A DNA stretch of 61,740 nucleotides, the filler included, from Nemertoderma westbladi (lineage: Eukaryota > Animalia > Xenacoelomorpha), in NCBI GenBank assembly GCA_032718475.1. It is 3 parts of 3 records of this genome, joined end to end, with 100 filler letters (N's around TTAATTAATTAA, not from the genome) between each part and the next. Parts side by side here need not be neighbours in the genome. Positions count along the whole stretch, not along the records: positions 1 to 23,234 come from JAUCBJ010006223.1; 2 more parts are not named here. One strand, 5' to 3'. Positions 1 through 9,915 of the stretch are shown here, one piece after another. The first letter of the stretch is position 1. The number at the start of each line of letters is the position of its first letter. Below the pieces are notes generated by a model that was given only the letters and a program-made list of their open reading frames with translations, was not told where the DNA came from and did not search any database. Both the position numbers and the translations under genes were made by a program.

Positions 1-424
1 CTGATTTTTTGTTCGTACGTAGGTAATACTTGTCTGGATCCGACCGAAAAAAAAAATTTTCTAAAAAATTTACTGGGGTGGTTATATTGCAGTACCAAAA
101 TTACAAGTAGTGCACAATTTTCACAAAATTTGAAAGTTACGTTTTCGGCTAATTATTTTTCAATACAGGTTGTCTGGGGTGCAAAATACATTGGAAAATA
201 TTTAAAAATGATATGATTACTATAAATGGCTGTTTAGTCCTCTCTGCGTAGGAAAAAAATGAAAAAACAAGTAACCAGCACTTTTCAGTTAGAATACAAA
301 ATTTTTAATTAACTTATACGATGCTATAAATTCACATTTTCAGGTTTTCGACGGCGCTGATTTTAATGGAATACATTTCTAATATGCCAGATAATTGCTA
401 CTTGTATTTTTCGGCGTAATTTGG

Positions 425-965
425 CGAATTTTGTGCTAGCACCAAATTTCGTACCCATCACCAAAAAGTACAAGTTTGCGATGTCCAGTGCTGTTTTTAT
501 TGATTCCATCGGATTCAGGACCCTCATAAACCCGTATAACGCAAGAAACAAGGTGATACTATCTACTGATCGATTTGCATATTTTCCAAAATTTGGTGCT
601 GGCACAACAATTTTCACCCAGCGGCGAAAAATACAAGTTTGAGAACTCTTCTGAAATTTTTACTGATTCCATTGAATTCAGAACCATCACAAACCCGTAT
701 AACGCAAGAAACAAGGTGACACAATCAATTGCTATATTTGATGGTTTTCAAAATTTGGTGCTAGCACCACATTTTGCACCCACATCCGAAAAATACAAGT
801 TTGAGATGTCTAGTTCGATAATTATATATTCCATTGAATTCAGAACAGCCATAAACCTCTAAAACGCAAGAAATAAATTGTCTCAAACAATTTTATCTAT
901 TGAATGGATTTTCAAAATTTCGTGCTAGCACCAAAATTTAAGTTTGATACGCTTGGTGCAACTCG
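425..965 (+). repeat. Diverged ~163-bp tandem repeat array (about 3.3 units; continues at ~3090-3300)
   Basis: Marker GTGCT(A/G)GCAC at 433, 596, 758 and 922 (spacing 163/162/164), and again at 3181 after the inserted element. Confidence 0.85.
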
Positions 966-969
966 TATA

Positions 970-3084
970 CAGTACCGCTTTCAAATAACGTCGTATTGGT
1001 TCCTAATAGGATCCAATTAGGATCCAAGTCACTGATTCACTACTATTGGAGTTAGGATTTAATTGGAAATGAAATTTAGCCCAAATTCCAGACTTGGAGG
1101 CACTTAGGATTTGACTTGGATTTCATTAGGAATTTACTTGGAAATCGGCGCTTACTTTGATATCTGGAAGGCGGACTGACTCAGACTATGCTTGTGCTGG
1201 TCCACTTATTCTCTATCCTGTCAATCATTATGTTGTATAGAATGGACTAGACTCGGCCTAAAGTTTGCGTAGTGTTCAGTTCATTACATTGAGGTATGGA
1301 TATCGATGTCATAGGATGGAAGTGTCATATATAAATTTATATAATTAATTAGAGTCCGTTAAACTTAGTTAGAGACTACATTCATCTATCAATAATATAT
1401 CCGACATCCAATATACGTTTGTTTGGGGCCCTATCCAGTTGGTTATAATAAATTGCTAGATTAGTTCCTAAGTAAATATACATTCCGTATCCTTTGTAGT
1501 TGTAAATCATGTATCTGTTTGAACTCAGTAGAAATAATGTGTAATGCGCCATTTTGTAAAGTTCACTGTCACAACATTGAATATGGAGTTTACGTTGTTA
1601 TATTAAAGAAAAACAATTTTCTATTTTGGAACTTCCAGTTGGGGAAAATCCATTATAGGAAGATTACACTCCTCCTACTGTACCTTGTATTACCAGCCTC
1701 TGACGTAAATAATATTTAAAATATAAACTCTAATAGATGAAATCCACACACATCCGCACATAGTTAACGTCCGTCGGCCGGTGGGCTCTGGAATAATTTA
1801 AGATCGGATTGAACTTACAAATAAATGTAGGATCACAACACACACTGTATTTATTACTATTGAACATATTTTGAGTAATAAAGATAAGTAACAATGTTTG
1901 TGTAATTATTAATAGAATAAATATTAGTTTATTTTCATTTATTAGTTTAATTAATAATTAGACAGGGGCTAAAACTGGGCGACTAAATAAATGTATGTTA
2001 TCCACGGGAAATGTTCATTTCCTATACACATTGACATTCTGCTTACTATACAAACACTGCTTGCTGTAAGGGGAGTACAGGGGTAGATAATTGGGTGTTC
2101 AATTATTATTATAGTCTTAAAAATAAATATGGGCTATTAATTATTAGCAGCCCACTTACTGCCTAACACGCTGTATCTCATTGTGTAGTTAAATATCCTT
2201 TCGGCCAATAGTAAGTCATTGATTAGTCCCCAAGGAGGGCTAGGGACTATAGCCCCCCACACCTTGCCCCCCACCCACCCCCCCCCCCTCCCTTCCCGAC
2301 ATAGATAAACTGTAATATTGAAGATAAACTGTAATATTGAATGATATATTTTACTGAAACACACAAGTTTCGTATTTAAACATAACTGCACCCACAAAGC
2401 ACATTACACTCTCCAAGCAGATTCCGCAACATGTCACAATCCGTATCGCTACCACTACGAAAAATAAATGACATAACATCCTACAGGAATTTACAGACCC
2501 TTATGAGTTTAGTGGTTTGTAACAACTTAACCTCTTGGCATATTGATATTAATATTAATTATAAATTATATTTATTATACCATGGAAATGGTTAAATTGC
2601 CAGATCTAAAAAGTTCGCACAATAATTTAAATAAAATTATTAAAAGTTTGACGTCCGAATACAATCAGATTACGCTTTAGCAGCCCAACTACTTGTTGAG
2701 GCGCACTCAACGTGTTGGCGGGCCTATTTTACACAAGCGGCGTTACCTTTACCGTATGGTAGTTAATGTGTCCAGATGTTGAGTTAAAGCCAGTAGTGTG
2801 TTCTTTGCATATTTAACATTAGCCTATGGGGAGTATTGTTGTTGTAAGATAAGTCAGGGGAAGGGAAATACAACTCAAACACTAGACAAAGCGGCTCTCT
2901 TTACTACATTCAGCTATCCCGGGAGGTTGATTGACAGACACTTCTAAGCTTTGATATTTAGCCGCTCTAGGTAGACTTGCATTAGGCAAATTCCAAGTGA
3001 TTTCCTAAAGGTTATTTATTTCCTATTAGGTTCCTATTAGGATCCTATTAGGATCCAATAGGACGTTATTTGAAAGCGTTACTG
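970..3084. mobile_element. Non-autonomous Tc1/mariner-type TIR element (2.1 kb)
   Basis: Left CAGTACCGCTTTCAAATAACGTCGTATTGGTTCCTAATAGGA matches the reverse complement of the right end (CAGTAACGCTTTCAAATAACGTCCTATTGGATCCTAATAGGA). TA flanks at 968-969 and 3085-3086. No transposase ORF. Confidence 0.85.
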
Positions 3085-3699
3085 TATATTTCATCGAAAC
3101 CAGAACCCCAAAAAACCCCAATTGCGTAAAACACAAGTTTCAAACAATCAATTTACAAAATTGACATATTTCAAAATTTGGTGCTGGCACCAAAATTTGG
3201 CACCCACCGAAAAAAACAAGTTTGAAATTTCTAAATCAATTTATATAAATTTCATCCAATTTCTAACACCAAAAAAACCGGTGTAAATCAAAAATAGAGA
3301 TGTTACAATTAATATTTAATGAAATGTAATTTTCAAAAAACGTCTCAAAAAAAGTGCCAAAAGTAGGGTTAAAAAATGGTGCTATAACTCGAAAAGTACC
3401 CAATATTTTTGAAAACGGTTTTCACTACTAGGAAGACAATATATTTTTAGGAAAAGTCATAAAATTTCAGATTCCCAACTGCGTTTGTTTCAGAATTATA
3501 ATAAAAAAACCACGGGGGGGGATCATATTGAGCCCCCCCCCCCCCCCGGGTTTAATAGGGTTAATGTAGCTTCAGTTAGTAGGCCTAGCAAACATTGTAG
3601 TTACAGGACGACAAACAGCACTCTTCTACAGTATTTAGACTAACTTGGGACGCATAACGATTTGTCTAAATGGATCTGATGTTGTAATTTAAAATCATC

Positions 3700-5690
3700 G
3701 TGCTACTGTAGCGCTCTTTATGGTCTCTGTTTCACTATTACAGTATATAATTGAATGCCAATAATAAAGATCTCACGGCTCTGTGTAGACCGACACAGAG
3801 CTTATTAAAAGAACACTGTGTAAAATACACTTCGGACCACAAAGCACAACCATAAATTGTAGAGCTAACGCTGTTGAAAACGTATAGTTTTACGTTAACG
3901 CTACAATAATTAAACTTTCTATTCAGAATATTTGAGCGACAGTAAAATTTGCGGGATTGAGCATTTATAATCACTATCATCACAGAAATCCGATGAAATT
4001 AAATGTCCTACCTGTAAATACTTAAATTCATCTACAACAGCTAAAACAAGAGAATTCAAATATACTGGAGAAAAACTAAAGAAGTATCGACTTCTATAAC
4101 GGAGGTACAGTACAGTTCACACATTTAGACTTCTTTGTATTAAATGCCATATAATTATGTTATGCAAATTCCATGTACACATCTACAGTAGTAAGGTCTG
4201 CAATGCACACGGATTAGTCGATATTATACAAATACAGTATCATCCACGGGTAATGGTGAAAAATATCGAGACTTGAAAAATACCGAGAATAAAAATAACG
4301 AGAGTAAAAATATCGAGAGTAAAAATAACGAGTGTTGAAAATTAACGTGATTAAAAAATATCGAGAGTAAAAATAACGCGAGATGAAAAATATCGAAAAT
4401 AACGAGTGTTGAAAAATATCGAGAGTAAATATATTGAGTGTTGAAAAATATCGAGTGTTGAAAAATATCGAGAGTAAAAATATCGAGTGTTGAAAAATAT
4501 CGAGAGTAAAAATAACGAGTTTGAAAAATATCGAGTGTTGAAAAATATCGAGAGTAAAAATAACGCGTGTTGAAAAATATCGAGTGTTGAAAAATATCGA
4601 GAATAAAAATATTGCATTTTGCGCGAGCATTTTATTTAGAATTATGGGACAATATTTCAGTGCATGGGTTACAACAGTGCAAGTGCAAATAAATGGCCAT
4701 TAACACCTTGGGTACCCATTTATCAGATTTATTATACTAGCTAGTTTTTGTTATTTTTTAATAAATATTATAGAAGAAGTGCTAGCTATCAATTTTGATA
4801 AATATTTTTGTTCTAGAACACATTCTTTTGTACTAGAACATTTTTAGGAAAAAAATTATCATACAACCCTCATTAAAAAAAATATTTTTACTCTCGATAT
4901 TTTTCAACACTCGATATTTTTCAGTAGTCGATATTTTTACTCTCGATATTTTTCAACACTCGACATTTTTCAGCACTCGTTATTTTTAATCTCGATATTT
5001 TTACTTTCGATATTTTTACTCTCGATATTTTTTGAACTCTCGATATTATCGTTATTTTTCAACACTCGATATTTTTACTCTCGATATTTTTCAACACTCG
5101 ATATTTTTACTCTCGATATTTTTCAACACTCGATATTTTTCAACAGTCGATACTTTTAATCTCGATATTTTTACTTTCGATGTTTTTACTCTCGATATTT
5201 TTTGAACTCTCGATATTATCGTTATTTTTCAACACTCGATATTTTTACTCTCGATATTTTTACTCTCGATATTTTTTGAACTCTCGATATTATCGTTATT
5301 TTTCAACACTCGATATTTTTACTCGCGTTATTTTTACTCTCGAGATTTTTCATGTCTCGCTATTTTTTAATATAACCCATCCACGAAGATTAAATGGTTT
5401 ACCAACAATACATTTAGATTACATCCTATACCAAGCTCATTAAGATTAATGCTAAGCTCGCTAATAAAAAAAAATTAAAAAGACGCGGAGACAGAGGGCT
5501 TCCTTGCCTAACGCCGTTAGAACAAGGAAATGGTTCAGATTTGAAACCATTCCATACGGCACGCATAGACTGATGGGAATACATAAAATCTAAAATGCGC
5601 ACTAAAAATATCGGCATATTATTACATTCTATTAGTTTGTGAAATAAAATACGGTGATTTAATTATCAAAAGCTTATAGAAAGGCAATGA
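3700..5690 (-). pseudogene. Decayed non-LTR retrotransposon reverse transcriptase, split by the 4248-5378 element
   Basis: ORF 5426..5617 has GVRQGSPLSPRLFN. Removing the insertion restores IGCNLNVLLVNHLIFVDDTVF (YADD equivalent). ORF 3738..3983 resembles a LINE RT C-terminal region (TIYGCALW). Confidence 0.75.
4248..5378. mobile_element. Foldback-like TIR element with long modular inverted arms and 6-bp TSD
   Basis: Left arm (4248-~4615) is built of TCGAGAGTAAAAATA / TCGAGTGTTGAAAAATA modules; right arm (~4880-5378) carries their reverse complements. Termini GGGTAA...TAACCC. TSD ATCCAC at 4242-4247 and 5379-5384. Confidence 0.9.
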
Positions 5691-6881
5691 CCCCGTCAAC
5701 TAGAACATTAATTTGTTACGGTTACTTGCGATAATACAGTAATAATAAAAAATAGTTAAATATACCCCTACTGTATAGTGGTCTCCCCAAATGTTTGCTA
5801 CAGTATATTTGATGCCCCAGAGGCCAGAGACACCCCCAACTGTTTCAGGTGGTTCCACTTTAGATTGGTTATTTTTTCGCAGATTTGCCCAGAACTTATA
5901 ACAATAATTGTCATCTACAGTATAGAGATGTAGTCAGTTTATCGCTCCGAATAGTTTCTGCATTATGCATAATGGCCCGTAATCGAAGTTTAAACTTTGC
6001 CCGCAAGCGAGTCATTAATTGGAACTGCATCCCCGTCCGAGGGCTCCCTTCCGCTCGCCAATGCAGGAAACACTGGTATAAGAGCAATGGAAATAATTAC
6101 ACACCGACGATATTGAATAAAAATCAATGTTACTAATACGGGAGTTCAGATAGGCCCTACTGTATAGAGGACGAATGTAATAATGAAATATTATTATATA
6201 TATTATTATTGTTTTTTCCTGTAATCGAACTCTATCTCATACCTTATACTTACAGTATATGTTTTATACAGTATTATCCTGTGCATCTTGTGGAAATTGT
6301 TAATAAAAGTTTACAAGAGTTTGATTATTTTCTAAAAGGGGTGATAGGAGGGGTTTATTACGGTACCATATCGAATGCTAAAGTGTGCAGTGTTCTTAAT
6401 ACAAATTGCTGGTTCCTGTTCCTGAATGGTTCTTAATTCATATTGAATTATATTGCCAGGGCCGACACAGCAAGGGGTTTGCACTTTAAAGGAATAATGC
6501 TGCTGCCAGATAGTGGGTACTTTCACCCAGGTGTTTAACATTTAAGTCACATTATGCATTACAGCATTATAATGATAGTAATTAGCCTAATTATTGCAGC
6601 CTACCGGTTATCGGTACCGGTATGCTTCTGGCCTACAGTTGTACAGTATCCTGTAGCCTATATCAGTATATTGCTGTATTCTGGTATTGGTATCGTATCC
6701 GTATCACAGTACTCAGTAGTCAGTACTACAGTACCGGTACTTACTACAGCGCAGTACGGTACGGTCTGACGGTAGTATCATAATGCCTGATTACACAACT
6801 GCAGCTGAACTGCGCCTTGCAGCGTTGTTATTCCATACTGCCATAGGCCTACACTACACAGCTACAGGCCATTCTGCTAAG

Positions 6882-7410
6882 TAGGGCATGTACGCCGAAC
6901 GCGTTCGGCGCACAATTTTTTCCATAATTTGGAGCAGGCGCAGAAAATTGAGAGCGCAGCGCGCAGGCGCAGAAAATTTAGAGCGCGGCGCGACAGGCGC
7001 AGGCGCAGAAAATTGATAGCTCGGCTCAGACTTGCACTACAGGTCAGTACCGGTAAGTAGACCTACCCGCTACCCCTGGCAGTCTGCTGACTACCGGTAA
7101 CAGGGTAATGACAATACAGATAAGACTGCAAGAAATACTGAAATAATAAGCCTCCTACTTGCTACTTGGCTGCTTGGTGTGCTTTAGGCCAGTACAGCAG
7201 TAGGCAGGCAGGTACGTGGTAGGAGATTTCGCGCAGTATTTCTGCTGTGCGCGCCAATCTCGCGCAGAATTTCTGCTGCGCGCGCCAATCTCGCGCAGTT
7301 TTTCTGCTGCGCACGCGGATTTTGCACTGTTTTCGACTGCGCAGGCGCACATTTTTTTCTGCGCCGCGTCGCGCTCGGCGCACAAAAAAATCACTTAGCA
7401 TACGGGGCTA
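6882..7410. mobile_element. Possible old hAT-type MITE with GCGCAG-rich subterminal repeats
   Basis: Starts TAGGGCATGTACGC, ends GCATACGGGGCTA (imperfect IR). GCGCAGAAAATT motifs on the left and inverted TTCTGCTGCGC motifs on the right. No TSD found. Confidence 0.4.
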
Positions 7411-7826
7411 CAGGCCTATTCCAGTTCCTGATATGCTACGCTACACGCTACGTCCTGAGACTGACTGACTGAAACCTAACTGCCTAACTGTCGTGTAGAA
7501 CTGCCTAAGGATTAAAGAATATTTAATTTAATTAAGGAGTGCAGGAGTGTGTAGATTTTGGAATGAAATTGCTGAATTGTATTCCTAAATAAGAAACCCA
7601 GGTCAAAAAGTTCTTATTTAAGGACTTTTAGTATTTAGAACTTATTAGTACAATTTCGATGACCTTAAATGAGTTAAAAAAGGTACCGGTAAATTTAAAA
7701 AATCCCTCTTATTTAGGAACTGGTCGTATTTTTGACGCAATTTTAACGCTTGTCAGCTTGTAGAAAAAGAACCGGACGGTGAAATCGAGATGTTATCTGG
7801 TTTCTTGCATTATGTTCAAGAAAAAC

Positions 7827-8490
7827 TGAGGACCTTCGAATACGTAAGGAAAGGGCATGGGCAGCCTTGAATAGGCTTTCCCGGATTTGGAAGTCACGTA
7901 GCTGCGTAGGATTAATCGGAAACTTAAGGTCCGATTATTTAGAGCAGCCGTAGTTCCAGTACTCCTGACTCCCCTATGGGAGTCCATGCTGGGCTCTAAC
8001 CTGTCTAACTGAACTGCCTGACTGCTGAGGACACCAAATCTTTGGATGGCACATTCACAAGATGCTACACCGGGTTCACTGTGTCGTGTGTCAAGTACAA
8101 TGCAGTGCACACATCTCCAACCAGTCACTATACTGCTATATAACATTGATGTGTCTCATTGGTTCCCACAAGCAGACAAGCTTGACACTAGAACAAAGCC
8201 GCCTCCGCTTTGCAGGACATTGCTTTCGCCGTGAGGACCAGCCAGTGCATAATCTTGTGCTTTGGCTGCCTCATGGAGTGAATAAGCATGGTGGACAGCC
8301 ACAGCCCATGACTTTCTTGAGACGCATCTTAAAGGACACTGGCCTTGAAGATGCGGATGATCTAGCAAATGTCATGGGTGATAGGGAGTTGTGGTGGCTC
8401 AATTTTGTCGACAAGCCAGCACAGCATTCTTAAAAATGCAGCTGCAATGCAGCATGCCGATCCTAGTAGTAGTAGTAGTCTGGTAGTAGT
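7827..8490 (+). mobile_element. 5'-truncated RTE-clade LINE 3' fragment
   Basis: Encodes RLRFAGHCFRR...DRELW (RTE C-terminus) and ends in a (TAG)n tail. Closely similar to the minus-strand copy at 27255-27830. Confidence 0.85.
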
Positions 8491-8685
8491 GAGGCGGTAC
8501 GCAGTCATGCACATGCAGTAGCGGGGGTAACAGATGATTTTTCACTCCCCCCCCCCCCCCCCCATGCACAATCCAATCACCTATTGCCTATCCCCGCCGT
8601 CGCCGTCTGTTAAAATTTCCTAGCTGCCTAGCTACTGAGCTAGTGCTGGGCAGCTGGGTACAGTCCAACAGTCACGTTTCGGGGG

Positions 8686-9607
8686 GGTCCGACGAATTTG
8701 TACAAAAAAGTACAAAAAAATACAAAATAGTACAAAAGAATACAAAAGAGTACAATAAAGTGCAAAAATAGTACAAAAGAGTGCAAAAATAGTAGGCCTA
8801 CAAAAGAGTACAAACGAGTGAGAAACGCTTGCAAAACGTGTATCCAAGTATAGTTCAAATCGTTTTGAGGGGCGCACATGATTGCAAAATAAAACAAAGC
8901 ATTGTCTGATTGTGGGGCGAGCCATGCATTGAGCGGGGGCTGATCTAGCAGTCGAGAGTAGGCCTTTATTACAATACAATCATGAGTTTTAATGCAGCCT
9001 TTTGTGTTCAAAAAAACACAAAAATCGGTCCCAAGCCCGCAAAATTGCAGAGGGAGAACTCAATAAAGTTGCAGATAGAGGCGTACATACAGACATACAT
9101 AGCCTACATAATGCTGTTGCTGTAATGTACAGTAGCATACAGTCTATCCTTCAGTATATGGGCTACTTTAAGACTTAGCCTAATTTTTGAGTCTCAGTTA
9201 TAGGAGTTTTATCTACCCACTGCATAGTATTGCATTATATTGTATTATACGAACTGTAGCCTATTTCTACTTGTAAGCCAGTCAAAATCTACATGAATCA
9301 AAGTTCTGTCAATCATTTCATACTGACCACAGAACCAAGGCCGCTAGTGATTGACACTGTCAGACTGTAGCGGCGCATATTTCGGTCCTGTTGCATTTGC
9401 TTACAATTAATTATAGGCCTATTTGTATATAAAAGTGTAGTGTAGTGTAGACTACCGGTACACTGGCTGACTGGTATACACGTTTTGTATGCGTTTCTCA
9501 CTCGTTTGTACTCTTTTGTACTCTTTTTGCACTCTTTTGTACTATTTTTGCACTTTATTGTACTCTTTTGTACTATTTTGTACTTTTTTGTACAGATTCG
9601 TCGGACC
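8686..9607. mobile_element. Foldback/MITE-like element with ~165-bp inverted arms of GTACAAAAGA-type minisatellite
   Basis: GGTCCGACGAATTTGTACAAAAAAG... (8686-~8845) versus ...CTTTTTTGTACAGATTCGTCGGACC (~9472-9607). TSD unclear. Confidence 0.8.
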
Positions 9608-9915
9608 GTATTTGCGTTAAGTTCTATAACCGCATATCACCTTCTGGGACAGACGATAATCTATGTATAATAACGATTGGACGTTAAACACTAAACAGTG
9701 GTCCAATTTAAAATAATGACAAGGTATTCTTCTACATAACTAAACTATATATTTTGACTTATTTAAGGGAGAACCGGTAAGTGTATCTTTATGCCAAAAC
9801 GTCTTCGACCGAAAAGTCTCCTACCCCAATTTGTTTTGTTAGTTACTACTGGTTGACCAGGATATATATATCTGTATATATTAATGCTCTGGCAGCAGTT
9901 TTTTATAAATTTACA

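Larger units (their letters stand above)
1..3560. mobile_element. Right part of a putative non-autonomous piggyBac-like element with internal ~163-bp tandem repeats; left end outside the window
   Basis: Ends ...CCCGGGTTTAATAGGG followed by TTAA (3561-3564), matching piggyBac AGGG|TTAA termini. The repeat array resumes after the 970-3084 insertion. The left TIR is not visible. Confidence 0.5.

Noticed and set aside
4214-5443. ORFs with SRYF/LDIF repeats, and ORFs within the satellites (39114-41483, 58588-58779)
   Set aside because: Translations of non-coding tandem repeats.
5766-6167. Element flanked by the direct repeat CCCTACTGTATAG
   Set aside because: No convincing TIRs, and the repeat contains the ubiquitous TACTGTA motif, so it may be coincidental.
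9781-9915. N-terminal extension of IQSEC from GTG 9781
   Set aside because: Non-ATG start in AT-rich, UTR-like sequence; ATG 9916 is more plausible.
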